Virus record (IMG/VR): IMGVR_UViG_3300023174_000075
Coordinates: 60,428 to 124,427 of that record
DNA from: a virus
DNA: 64,000 bases
Direction: 5' to 3' (one strand)
Program-made: the position numbers and the translations under genes
Notes under the pieces: model-generated
Told to the model about the DNA's origin: nothing
What the model saw: only the letters and a program-made list of their open reading frames with translations
Database searches by the model: none
Part shown: positions 1 to 10,614 of the stretch, piece by piece
Layout of the letters: every line of letters begins with the position of its first letter
How positions within the stretch are numbered: position 1 is the stretch's first letter

Positions 1-1260
1 ACAGTCATTTAAACTTGGTATACTACCTGTTAAAGTATTATTATGTACATCAAAATATTTTAAATTATAACTTTTATTAAATTCAATAATAGATCCATTC
101 AATAAATTATTATAGGCAATAAATGTTTGTAAAGCAAACGAGGATGATAATATAGGAATACTACCTGTTAATGAATTAAGACTAATATCTATACTTTGAA
201 TAGATCCTGTTGGTAATTTTAATAATATATCACTTATACTTCCTGTTAAATTTGTATTATTAAAAGTAAAACTTTGTAGATATTGACTACCTGTTAAATA
301 AGGAATTTTACCACCTAAATTAGAATTAGTATTAAGATCTAAATTTATTATACTTGGTAAATTTGATAAATTAGGAAAAGTAGTTAATAATTCATCTATA
401 AAATTAAGTGTAGTTAAGTTTGATAAATAAGAAGAGGTAAATGAATTTAAAACCTTACTACCAGTATGAGATAAAGTATTAATAGTACCTAAATTACCCC
501 CATATAGATATATTGTACTTCCTGAACTTGAAACAGCTGAGGCAGTAATATTTAAAAAAGAATTCCATTGATTTAAACTACTTGTATTAGCAACGGGAAA
601 ATTTGGAGCCGTATATGTAAATGCTAAATAAGATTGAGCTTCGGTTAATGCATATATATTATATACATCTGTAATATTAGATGATGAAAAGCTAGCTGTT
701 AATGGAGAATTTGAGCTAGAAACATATGATGATGTTGTATTGGTTGATTGGTTAATGATTAATATGCTTGAAGTATAAAATAATCCGCTACCACTAATTA
801 GTACAGTATAATTAGTATCTTTAATTAATGTTAAAGCTCCATTATTAAGAGATTGAGTTTGATATATACTAGAAGATACTAATGAAGAAGTATATATAGC
901 AAATATATTATTTGAGGATGTTGTAAATATATCTGGGGTGAAATACCAATTAGTTATAAATGAAGATGTTTCCGCTGAAATTGGAGGAGATGGTAAAAGA
1001 ACACCTAATGGAGATTGATTATAATATATTGTTGTATTCTCAGTAGGGAATGATGCTAAGATAGAACTTCCACTTTTAACATATATTCTTAATTCACCTA
1101 AAGCTGAAATAAATGCTGAACCAGATGTTTCATAGGCACTAGCTGTTGTTTCTAATGTTATGTCAGAATAAAATCTTTCACCAATAACATTACTATCTGA
1201 TAGAATTGTTAATGAGGATGTAAAAGATCCAGATGATGGTATATAATATAAATTTATCAT
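1..1260 (-). CDS. Ser/Thr-rich protein with C-terminal leucine-rich repeats (partial, runs off window start)
   Basis: Not in ORF track. ATG at 1260 overlaps the TAA of the upstream gene. Hand translation MINLYYIPSSGS... ends with repeats LQSFTFNNTNLTGSI / IQSIDISLNSLTGSIP / LQTFIAYNNLLNGSI / LKYFDVHNNTLTGSIP. Confidence 0.8.
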   Translation of the reverse strand, partial: MINLYYIPSSGSFTSSLTILSDSNVIGERFYSDITLETTASAYETSGSAFISALGELRIYVKSGSSILASFPTENTTIYYNQSPLGVLLPSPPISAETSSFITNWYFTPDIFTTSSNNIFAIYTSSLVSSSIYQTQSLNNGALTLIKDTNYTVLISGSGLFYTSSILIINQSTNTTSSYVSSSNSPLTASFSSSNITDVYNIYALTEAQSYLAFTYTAPNFPVANTSSLNQWNSFLNITASAVSSSGSTIYLYGGNLGTINTLSHTGSKVLNSFTSSYLSNLTTLNFIDELLTTFPNLSNLPSIINLDLNTNSNLGGKIPYLTGSQYLQSFTFNNTNLTGSISDILLKLPTGSIQSIDISLNSLTGSIPILSSSFALQTFIAYNNLLNGSIIEFNKSYNLKYFDVHNNTLTGSIPSLNDC

Positions 1261-4200
1261 TATTGAGTAATATTATTTTGATTAGATAAATCCACATTTA
1301 ATTGTTGGAATATAGTGCCTATACTTGCTTTTATAGCATTATTAGCGTCTTGTGGTATTAAAATAGTTTGTGATACATCACCTATAGATTTTTTAAAATT
1401 AATAATTATTGATGTTTCATCTGGTTTTGGGCGTAATATAGAAAAATTTTGACTTAATTGACTGCTAAATAAAGTTGATAATGGTTTGTCTAAATACGCT
1501 GTTGTTCGAAAAATACCTAATGCATAAGTATAATTAGTTAATACAGCGTTAGAATAAGATAATATATACCTATCCCCCGCCCGAACTGTTGGGAGTACAG
1601 TATAGCCCCAGCTTCCAATTGTAGGGACAGTGGGAATATGACTTTGTATGGTTTGGTTTGGTGATACTTGTATTTGAAGTACTGAAGGGTATTGAATTCC
1701 ATCTGCTCCGTTAACTGCTACTGTTTTTATTAAAGGAGAAGAAGCTATTGTTAATGGGTTATTTACTCCATTTATGTTTACAATAAATTGTTTTGATGTA
1801 GAACTCCAAATATTATTAAATAATAATGTATTTTGAGTTGAAACGGGTATTTGAAGTATACTAGCAAATCTACTTGGTGAAGTACTAACTTGAAATGTAC
1901 CTATAGTAACTGTTGGAATATTTTTTACTGTTATAGATGAATCAATTGAAGATGATATTACAGTATAATAGTCAGGATTAGGAGAAGATATTGATCCTAT
2001 TCTTATTAGATCATATGGTTGTAACGGTAAAGTATCTATTACAGGTGAATAATAATTTTGAGTTGGTGTTGTTATATCTGGAGTGAAAAGAGAAGATGTT
2101 GAAAAAATAGTTTGCATCTCTGGAGAGAAGGTAATTGTATTTTCTGTTGTTGTAAAAGACTCAAATATTTTACTACCAGTAATAGCTAAATTATAATTAT
2201 ATAATATTTTGGGTGCTGCTTTATCTTGTATTTCAATATATGAGGGTTCAATATATTTTAATGAATTATTTACATTAAATTTAAGAGCAGATTCAATAAA
2301 GGTTTGAGTAGATGGTGGCTGTTGTGGTTTTCCTATTTCAAATTTACAACCTCTACCATATGTAAAAAATCGATCCATATCCATTAAAACTATTCTAAAT
2401 CTAAGAACTTCATTTTGAGCTAAAGATATTGTAGTACCTACTGCTCCGGTAGTATCATCAGTTAATTGAAGGATTGCTATTCCTTTTAAAAGTGGAGTAT
2501 CTATTTGATTATCAAATGAACCATTAGAAAAATTAGTAGGATCAAAATGTATAGTATTAAAATCCGAATTATAAGTCATACCGACTGATATTTCTCCTAT
2601 TGTAGATATTTTAGTAGAAGCTTTATAAGTCCATGAATTTGGATCGGTAGGAGTTATTGAACCTTCTAAAAGTCCAAATATTTTAAATGTACATCCTTTA
2701 CTTTGATGAAGGTATAACCAATTATCATTAGGATACTGTGTTGATAAACGTTGAAAAAATTCCAACCCAATAGAAACAGGTATATTTGCTTTTATAAAAT
2801 ATTGACTTGAAGGTCTAGGGGCTTTATATAGATATTGTCCTCCATCTGTTATATCTATATCCTCATTTAAATAACCATCTTTATATGAAGTATTGTTGAA
2901 TTTTAATAAATCAAAAAAATACGCAAACTTTGCAGTAGAATCTTGAGGTTTAAAATCTGCCCATTGTATTACAACATTTGGGGTAAAAGCATATGGTGAA
3001 GGAGAGTATTTTGTTTTATTTTTTAATTGAAGCGTATTTTGATAAGTTGATGAAAATTGTGTTAAAGATAATTTTGTTGAAGCCATAGGAGAAGTAGTTT
3101 CTAATGTACCATTTCCCCACCATCCATTATAGTTTTTTGACCAACTCCATCCAAATGTATTATAATTAGCAGGTAAATCAGCAGGTGTTGTTGGTGTATT
3201 ATGAGAAATACTGTTATTAGCTGGGGATTGGTTATTAAATATTGAGTCTCCACTATTAGCTCCTGTAAAGAAATCTAAAGCGTATGATTTTAGCCCTGAA
3301 AAAGTATTGGTTGATGATCTAGGAGTAAGAGATAAAAAATTTAATACTTCATTATTTTCTCTAAATAAAATAGGATCATATGAGTATCCTCCCCTAAAAA
3401 TAGTTTTAGTACCATCTAGTGTTTTTTGAAATGATGGTTTAGTAGCATCAGATAATGATAATACTACATTCTCTCCTGATTTAAATATATTTTGTACCTC
3501 TATTAAATTGTTATTTTTTAAAGTTAAATCAGTAATATTTAAATCTTTATCAACTAAATATTTTAATTGAATTTGAGTTTTATCATAAAAATTTAAACTT
3601 TGAGAAGGGATATTTTTAACCCAACCTACTTTATAAGATTGACGATCAATCGCAGCTGTTTTACCATATGAATTATCTCCAGTTTGAATTGTACGACCAT
3701 CAGAACCAGTATAAGAGCCTGATGTGTATGTATTATATAATTTGCTAGTTAATTTAGATCCTTCATATCGTGAAGTATTATATGAACGTAATGTTAAATA
3801 AGAATCTTGTAATTCAGCACTACTTGTTAAACTACCTGTTGGTAAATAATTACCAGTATACTCTATTTTTTTACGAATATTAGATAATATACTAGATGAT
3901 ACATTATTCAGTAATACATTCCAATCTGAGTGAGCAAAGGTATTTGTGTTTATACTTTGTGTTGGATTATGTTGAGCATTATATACACTCCAATCACCTA
4001 AATATGGATTATAGTTATCTGTAAAATATTGATTTACATCTACTATACTACCACTTAAATTACCATCAAAATATGGTTTTTTATCCCCTTGTAAATTATT
4101 ATATAATGGACCATATTGAGGTGATATTGTAGATGCAGATACTTCACCATTAGGTACACTTTGTGTTGTACTATTTGATGGATTTGCATATACTACTTTA

Positions 4201-6467
4201 TTACGCTCTAATACAGGGGAATTAAACGTTACACCAGTTGATAAACTTGTACGCTCAGGAGTAAAATCTTCAAGCATTTTAAATAATGAATTATCAAAGT
4301 ATTGTATTAAACGAATAAATCCATTATAATCCATATTAGATCCAGTAAATGGAGCAAATCCAGGAACACCTGTTTCAAAATATAATTTACGTTGAGCGTC
4401 TAAATCAATATATGAACTACTATATTGTTGTCTAGGATCACCAATATAATCATCTAAGCTCCAAGTTGATGCATTAGAGGCAATAGCTCCTGAAATATAA
4501 GTGTCAATTTGATTTTGTGGTGAAAATGAAATATCTACATAATGAGTATCTTCATCCCTAAAATCAGTAGTTGATTGGTATGGAGGTTGTAGGCTTAATT
4601 CATGTGATAATACACTTCCTGAGATGGTATTATTTACAATTCTAACTTTGCTAGTGTTATATCCTTTAAGTTGTTCAGATTTATTAGCACCACCATATTC
4701 TTTAACATTTAATATACTTCCAGAAATGCCAAAAGTAGTTACAAGATGTTCCAGACCAGAAACTGTACCTTTTGTTTTAACAAGTAAAGGTAAATTATGA
4801 TAAATACGTTTGTATAGTTCAGATACTAAATCTTTACGTGGTATATTATTTAAATAACTACCTGTAATAGTAGTATTATTATCCCATTCACTACTACCTG
4901 TATTAGCACCAATTAAATATTGATTAACATTTTCACCAGCTTGAGTATTATATAAATGAACACCTAATGATTTTAAGCGCTCATATACTAAATCTTTAGA
5001 TATACCTTCTTCTAAATTATTATTAGCTCTATTTATATCAGTAATTGATTTTAAATAAATCCATGTATTATCAAAATAATGCCCTACCATATTTAAGAAT
5101 AATAAGAAAGGAGCATTATTAGTATCATCTTTTAAATATACAGGAATTGCATATTCTAGATTATCATAATTATTATAATCATAATTTTGAGCAGATGATG
5201 TTGTAGCTGTATACCAATTTTGTACTGTTAAAGATGATGTTGATAATAAAGAATATGGCTTAGTAGATGATGATTTAGGCCAAGCATATGAACTAGATTC
5301 AAAATATAAGTAATATTCATATCCATCAAATTGTGTAATAAGAGTATTAATAGCAGATGAATACTGATTTATTTCTGTTATTAAACTTGGTTTTGAGGAT
5401 GATAATGGAGTATAAGTATTAATTAAAGTATTATAATCCTCAATTTGTTTAGCTTTATTATAAAAATTAGATATACGTTGATAAGCTGATCCAAAAAATA
5501 CAAAATTATTAAAATCAGTATAATCTATGTTTATATCTACACTCTGTGTAGCCATCAAATTTAATATTTGATGATACGATGTTTGTTGTAAAGCTTGAAC
5601 ACTAGATATTAAATTAGAATATGTGTTATACTCCGTAGATACAGTTCCATTATTAGGAATTTCTATATCAAAATTAGGGCCTCTTAAGGATGGAGGTGGT
5701 GGAGGGGTAACAATAGTATCCAAATTTATTTGGAAATTATATGGTACTACTTTTTCACTTACTACCCATAAAGTTGATTTTAATTGGACTGATAAAGGTA
5801 GAGGTTCATATAATTTAAATAATACTTCATATCCATCAATAGCTTTATTTAGAGCTATATTAACAGCTACATATTGTTCATTATTACCAAAATTTAATAG
5901 GTAATATATCTGATAAGTAGAACCTTCAAGTTCATTTATTAATTCTGTTACTATATTTTCAATATCAAAATCTTGTAGAGTAGTGGATTTTAATCGTATC
6001 TCTGTTCTATCTTTAGATATTTCTTGAATAAATAAAGCTCTAGTATTACTATCAGAAATTTTATTTTGGAATAAATTATATACTGTTCTAAATTGCCCAG
6101 ATGAATATCCATAACTTTGAATATCCTTAATAGGATCAATTTCAATAATAGGATATAAAGCACTTGATGTAGTTAGAGTTGAAATAATACCTATATCATC
6201 TGTTTGAATAGTACCTGTTGTATTAGGAAGTGTATTTACTCCTGGAGTCTGAGTTATGTCAGTTGGGAGTTTATAACTAAAATAGGAAGGATCAGAATTT
6301 ATTATATTTCCATTACTACCATATATGTAATATTCTATATAATCTCCGGGTTCACCAAAATTTTCTTTAATATTAGTTGAAGAAATTAAATTAGTATCTT
6401 CCCTAGAATAACGGGTTGTATTAGATGTACTAACAACATTTCCTACTATTTTTATATTATCTGCCAT
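1260..6467 (-). CDS. large virion structural protein, probable baseplate wedge subunit
   Basis: 1735 aa; LLVKTKGTVSGLEHLV segment resembles gp7/P2-I-like wedge proteins; sits in baseplate operon. Confidence 0.6.
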   Translation of the reverse strand: MADNIKIVGNVVSTSNTTRYSREDTNLISSTNIKENFGEPGDYIEYYIYGSNGNIINSDPSYFSYKLPTDITQTPGVNTLPNTTGTIQTDDIGIISTLTTSSALYPIIEIDPIKDIQSYGYSSGQFRTVYNLFQNKISDSNTRALFIQEISKDRTEIRLKSTTLQDFDIENIVTELINELEGSTYQIYYLLNFGNNEQYVAVNIALNKAIDGYEVLFKLYEPLPLSVQLKSTLWVVSEKVVPYNFQINLDTIVTPPPPPSLRGPNFDIEIPNNGTVSTEYNTYSNLISSVQALQQTSYHQILNLMATQSVDINIDYTDFNNFVFFGSAYQRISNFYNKAKQIEDYNTLINTYTPLSSSKPSLITEINQYSSAINTLITQFDGYEYYLYFESSSYAWPKSSSTKPYSLLSTSSLTVQNWYTATTSSAQNYDYNNYDNLEYAIPVYLKDDTNNAPFLLFLNMVGHYFDNTWIYLKSITDINRANNNLEEGISKDLVYERLKSLGVHLYNTQAGENVNQYLIGANTGSSEWDNNTTITGSYLNNIPRKDLVSELYKRIYHNLPLLVKTKGTVSGLEHLVTTFGISGSILNVKEYGGANKSEQLKGYNTSKVRIVNNTISGSVLSHELSLQPPYQSTTDFRDEDTHYVDISFSPQNQIDTYISGAIASNASTWSLDDYIGDPRQQYSSSYIDLDAQRKLYFETGVPGFAPFTGSNMDYNGFIRLIQYFDNSLFKMLEDFTPERTSLSTGVTFNSPVLERNKVVYANPSNSTTQSVPNGEVSASTISPQYGPLYNNLQGDKKPYFDGNLSGSIVDVNQYFTDNYNPYLGDWSVYNAQHNPTQSINTNTFAHSDWNVLLNNVSSSILSNIRKKIEYTGNYLPTGSLTSSAELQDSYLTLRSYNTSRYEGSKLTSKLYNTYTSGSYTGSDGRTIQTGDNSYGKTAAIDRQSYKVGWVKNIPSQSLNFYDKTQIQLKYLVDKDLNITDLTLKNNNLIEVQNIFKSGENVVLSLSDATKPSFQKTLDGTKTIFRGGYSYDPILFRENNEVLNFLSLTPRSSTNTFSGLKSYALDFFTGANSGDSIFNNQSPANNSISHNTPTTPADLPANYNTFGWSWSKNYNGWWGNGTLETTSPMASTKLSLTQFSSTYQNTLQLKNKTKYSPSPYAFTPNVVIQWADFKPQDSTAKFAYFFDLLKFNNTSYKDGYLNEDIDITDGGQYLYKAPRPSSQYFIKANIPVSIGLEFFQRLSTQYPNDNWLYLHQSKGCTFKIFGLLEGSITPTDPNSWTYKASTKISTIGEISVGMTYNSDFNTIHFDPTNFSNGSFDNQIDTPLLKGIAILQLTDDTTGAVGTTISLAQNEVLRFRIVLMDMDRFFTYGRGCKFEIGKPQQPPSTQTFIESALKFNVNNSLKYIEPSYIEIQDKAAPKILYNYNLAITGSKIFESFTTTENTITFSPEMQTIFSTSSLFTPDITTPTQNYYSPVIDTLPLQPYDLIRIGSISSPNPDYYTVISSSIDSSITVKNIPTVTIGTFQVSTSPSRFASILQIPVSTQNTLLFNNIWSSTSKQFIVNINGVNNPLTIASSPLIKTVAVNGADGIQYPSVLQIQVSPNQTIQSHIPTVPTIGSWGYTVLPTVRAGDRYILSYSNAVLTNYTYALGIFRTTAYLDKPLSTLFSSQLSQNFSILRPKPDETSIIINFKKSIGDVSQTILIPQDANNAIKASIGTIFQQLNVDLSNQNNITQ

Positions 6468-6811
6468 TATTTTTTAATTGTTTTACTTATTTCATCAAGT
6501 GTGGATTGTGTATCTAATACTTGTTGTCTTAATGTAGTAATTTCTTCTAGTAAAGCCTGAATATCGTCTTGGCTAACTATAACACCTAAATAATCTGCTG
6601 ATTTTTCTAGCATATACCTATGTGAATTTGCATCTCCCTCTTTTGGAATTTGATAAAATAATTGATCATATAGTTGAAAAAAATCTTCTAAAGTAAATGT
6701 TGGAGTTTCTTCATTTACATTATTTAATAACTGACTAAATTGAGTATTAACTACTTTACTAAAACTAAGTTTATCGTATACTTGTTTCTCTATTGAAATT
6801 TGTTCGGACAT
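6467..6811 (-). CDS. hypothetical protein (coiled-coil C-terminus), structural operon
   Basis: 114 aa, translationally coupled to both neighbours. Confidence 0.7.
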   Translation of the reverse strand: MSEQISIEKQVYDKLSFSKVVNTQFSQLLNNVNEETPTFTLEDFFQLYDQLFYQIPKEGDANSHRYMLEKSADYLGVIVSQDDIQALLEEITTLRQQVLDTQSTLDEISKTIKK

Positions 6812-7920
6812 TATCTTATAACTTTAAAGTAATAATTTTCATCAAATATTATTGTTTCACCAGTATCTAATATTGTTTTAAATAATAATTGATAATAGCG
6901 TTCTGGTTCTAGACCATTCATATATACATCAAAATAATTGCCTTTATCATCACAACTAAGTTTAGTATATGTTGTATCGTAATCTACGACAATTTCTTCG
7001 GTATCCAAATCTTTTATTGACCAATATGAAGTTTCTGGCAAAGCATAATTTACTGTTGAATAAGTAAAAGATGATGTACTAAATGTTCTTGGTGGATATT
7101 TAGGTCTAACTTTTACTCTAAAACGCTGTACTGAATCTTGTTGGTAATTACTTTTATTATTGCCTATGCTGGTAACATATAAATCAGAATCTATCACTGG
7201 TAATGTTCCAATAAAATATGATGAATCGTCCCATCTTATTTCCAAACATGGAGGATAAATAGTATGGGTATTTCCTGAGAAATATTTTAATTCAAATTTA
7301 GATGCTGAGGTAAATTCAATTGAACTACTATGTTTTAATATAACTCCATAATTATTTATACTATTACTATACCAATCTTTAACGGTATTTGATATTTGTA
7401 ATTCAATATCTAATGGTGTTTTATGAGTAAATGATTGAACAGATTTATATAAATTATCTGATAACCATAAACCACCTCCAATATTGCTACCTAATTGATA
7501 TGATCCTGTTGTACCTGTATCAAATTGTCCAGGTACAAACCATACATCACCGCCTAATTGATCATAATATCCCCAACTAGCGCCATCTGTTGTTGATGGT
7601 GAATTTGAAAATCTACCTGTACCCATATTCCAATCAGATGCTAAAGGACGACATTCTATAGTATAATTTAATGGGATTTGAGAAGCATTAGCTAATGATA
7701 ATTTTAAATAAGCATCATAGTTATCTCCATCTACTTTATTAAGAATAACGTCATTTATTTCATCTTGTGGAAACTTAATAATAGGACGTGATACTTCATT
7801 AGTATCATTAATTGAATAGAAAGTACTAAGTTCTAATATTTCATCCAATCCTGTGTTTATTGTTGGGTAATAGGAATAAAGAGTAGCGCTCTTTTCGGGG
7901 AATATTTTATAAATTGCCAT
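6811..7920 (-). CDS. virion structural protein with DNRLRE-like domain
   Basis: 369 aa; ATLYS..P..NTG.DEILE and NNYGVILK...F.S..T...PP.LEI.W pattern. Confidence 0.5.
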   Translation of the reverse strand: MAIYKIFPEKSATLYSYYPTINTGLDEILELSTFYSINDTNEVSRPIIKFPQDEINDVILNKVDGDNYDAYLKLSLANASQIPLNYTIECRPLASDWNMGTGRFSNSPSTTDGASWGYYDQLGGDVWFVPGQFDTGTTGSYQLGSNIGGGLWLSDNLYKSVQSFTHKTPLDIELQISNTVKDWYSNSINNYGVILKHSSSIEFTSASKFELKYFSGNTHTIYPPCLEIRWDDSSYFIGTLPVIDSDLYVTSIGNNKSNYQQDSVQRFRVKVRPKYPPRTFSTSSFTYSTVNYALPETSYWSIKDLDTEEIVVDYDTTYTKLSCDDKGNYFDVYMNGLEPERYYQLLFKTILDTGETIIFDENYYFKVIR

Positions 7921-7963
7921 AATTGTATGATTACTACATATAAATATGACAAACTATAACTTT

Positions 7964-9793
7964 TTAAATTGTAAATGGTACTACTCTACCTTGTATATCA
8001 ATATCAGGATATCTAACTTCAAATACACTTGGATCAACAGAAGGATATATATTACCTTGTCTAGTTGCCCCTGGTATATCGTAGGCATATTGAGAGTAGT
8101 TACCTCCTTGTTTATTAACCATTTCAAGCTTAGTTACTGATTGTACCCCTGTTACTTTTAATAAGCGAGAAGTTATATCAGACATAATGATTGGTTGATT
8201 AATAGTCCATTTATCTATATTAAAATGGTCTTTTAATGCTGTTATGCAACTAGTCACAACATCATTATTATTATATCCACTTTGTATCACTATGTCAAAA
8301 TTAACTCCTATATTGATATAAAATGCATCTTTAATATTAACAGCATCAGTAACCATTCTATATTGATTAATATAGGTAGCTAAATTTTCTTTTAATGTGA
8401 TAGAAGCAGGTATAAGATTTTTATTAAAATCATAAGCTAAAATATACATATCTAGTGATAATGGATTACGTCTTTCCATTGTTGCTACTGTTGGAGTTGG
8501 TAACATTTCACTAGCAGCATCTTGAGTAACATATACTTTAGCTATACTACCATAATTAGTTGGTAATGATAAAGCACGAACCATATAATCTTCTCTAGTT
8601 ACAGCACGTAATTGAGATTGATATGCATATAAAGCATTATTTCTTATTTCTTCTACTTCATCTCCACTTTTACCTCCAGAGGAAGGTAAAGTATTATTTG
8701 ATGCTACACTATCTATTATTTGAGTAGCTAAAGGTCCAGTTAAACCTGCACCAATTTGAATATTTGCTTTATTTATATTATTTAAATCATTAGCAGGAAC
8801 GTTTGATCTAATACCACCACCAGTAAGATATCTAATAGTTAAATCCGTATTACTAGGGGCTAAACCATATTCTTGAGTGAAAAAGGGATTAGCTTTATTA
8901 TAACCATCTAATAAAGTAGATATTCCTGGAATTAATCCTAATTGAATATTGTCGGGTGAAGGTAAAAGTGTATCGTCTGATGTATTAGATACCCCTGCTC
9001 CAAACTCTAGTTGTAGTGTATTATCTGATAAGAAGCGAGATACAAAGCGGCGAGGTACTCTTTGATAATCAATTAAATAAGGTACTCCATCTGATTGGGC
9101 ATTTGGGTTTGTTATAGGCATTAATATACTAGCTTGAGCTAGATAAGGTACCTCATACCATTTATTATTTTGAGTATCTGTAACGTCTAATATTTGAAGA
9201 ATATTTGTATCATTAATATTAGAAATAGTAAACTTTTGCGGCCCAGAAAAGGATAATGTGGTGGTTTTTATTTCAGCTGATATTGCTTTTACTGATTTTG
9301 TTAATAGGTAATAATTAGAATCTATGAAACTAATTGTTGTATTATCTGTTATAGAAAAATCAACTTTATCTATAGTTATAAAATTAGTTCCTGTACTTCT
9401 TGAAGTTATAGATGTATTTTCTGGTACTATAACAGCATATGAGTAGTCAGGTGCTGATACTCCATTTATTATTATTGAGGGAATTAATTGAAAAATATCA
9501 ACTGTTACGTTAGAGGCATATGATACTTTAGGTTTATATCCAAACATATATGATAAAGCATATAAATTTTCTTTTTCCTTAGCATATAATAAGAAATTCT
9601 CTTGTATTTGAGTATCAATATAAAATGATGAAACATCACCTACATATGATGCTAAATCTATAAATAAAGCTCCAGGATTTGCCTCTGAAAAGTTATTATA
9701 AGTACTAGGAAAATATGTTTTAGTATAATTTAAAAGACTACTTTTAAAATCACTAAAGGTTTTATTTAAATATGATACTTTATTATCTGCCAT
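7964..9793 (-). CDS. baseplate wedge protein (T4 gp6 / baseplate J-like)
   Basis: 609 aa; FSDFKSSL..Y.K.YFP, GG...E..EEIR..A, Q.RAVTREDY motifs. Confidence 0.85.
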   Translation of the reverse strand: MADNKVSYLNKTFSDFKSSLLNYTKTYFPSTYNNFSEANPGALFIDLASYVGDVSSFYIDTQIQENFLLYAKEKENLYALSYMFGYKPKVSYASNVTVDIFQLIPSIIINGVSAPDYSYAVIVPENTSITSRSTGTNFITIDKVDFSITDNTTISFIDSNYYLLTKSVKAISAEIKTTTLSFSGPQKFTISNINDTNILQILDVTDTQNNKWYEVPYLAQASILMPITNPNAQSDGVPYLIDYQRVPRRFVSRFLSDNTLQLEFGAGVSNTSDDTLLPSPDNIQLGLIPGISTLLDGYNKANPFFTQEYGLAPSNTDLTIRYLTGGGIRSNVPANDLNNINKANIQIGAGLTGPLATQIIDSVASNNTLPSSGGKSGDEVEEIRNNALYAYQSQLRAVTREDYMVRALSLPTNYGSIAKVYVTQDAASEMLPTPTVATMERRNPLSLDMYILAYDFNKNLIPASITLKENLATYINQYRMVTDAVNIKDAFYINIGVNFDIVIQSGYNNNDVVTSCITALKDHFNIDKWTINQPIIMSDITSRLLKVTGVQSVTKLEMVNKQGGNYSQYAYDIPGATRQGNIYPSVDPSVFEVRYPDIDIQGRVVPFTI

Positions 9794-9794
9794 C

Positions 9795-10220
9795 TTATAT
9801 GAATTGTACTGTTATTTGATCTGCGTTTCCTGATATGTTTATTGTGTATGTAATTGTAACTGATATTGTATTATTTTGAGCTTGGGCTGAAGATGGACTA
9901 CTAAAAGTTATATTATTTATTGTAATTTCAGGTATAAAAAGTGCAGTATTAGTAGTTATTAAACTTCTAATTACTGTTTCTATTTCACCAACAATACCTT
10001 CAAATAATACTTTTTTTAAATCAGCTCCAAATTGAGGATTGTATATTCTCTCACCTTTATTAGTAAGTAAAAGATTAATAAAATTTGATTTTATTTGATC
10101 TTGAGTACTATATGTTGAATTGAAAGGACCAGCAGGTCCATTAAAAGGTAAAGATATCCCAATTGCAATATTTCCTTGCAAATCTAATGGATCAACTCTA
10201 GTTATGACATTTGTTGGCAT
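9795..10220 (-). CDS. baseplate protein gp25/GPW family
   Basis: IKSNFINLLLTNKGERIYNPQFGADL signature. Confidence 0.9.
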   Translation of the reverse strand: MPTNVITRVDPLDLQGNIAIGISLPFNGPAGPFNSTYSTQDQIKSNFINLLLTNKGERIYNPQFGADLKKVLFEGIVGEIETVIRSLITTNTALFIPEITINNITFSSPSSAQAQNNTISVTITYTINISGNADQITVQFI

Positions 10221-10221
10221 A

Positions 10222-10581
10222 TTAATCTAATTGTCTTAGTCCTGATCTATCCATTGGTGACATGTTAGCAGCAGCATCTGCTATAAAATTTAAATATGGA
10301 TTTACTTTTTCACCGGTTGATTCATCAACAGCATCAATAACTTTTAATTGTTGTTGTGGTTGTTGAAAACCAAATTCAGCTCCCATTTTAGCCATTAATG
10401 AACTACGTACATCTCCTGATAATGGAGCTACATCAGCACTAGTAAAATTAAATGTTTTATTTTCACGTAATGGTTGTTTGTTTTGTTTAGCTAAAACTTC
10501 GTTAATAATGTCAGGCAATTCTTCATAAATAGCCTCAGTTACTGCTTCTTTAATTAGTTTTTTAAATAATTTGATGTTCAT
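10222..10581 (-). CDS. hypothetical protein, possible internal head protein
   Basis: 119 aa; KLIKEAV.EAI.EE N-terminus with L/IxE motifs. Confidence 0.55.
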   Translation of the reverse strand: MNIKLFKKLIKEAVTEAIYEELPDIINEVLAKQNKQPLRENKTFNFTSADVAPLSGDVRSSLMAKMGAEFGFQQPQQQLKVIDAVDESTGEKVNPYLNFIADAAANMSPMDRSGLRQLD

Positions 10582-10614
10582 ATATATAAATATTTATAAA
10601 TTATAAAATTAATA

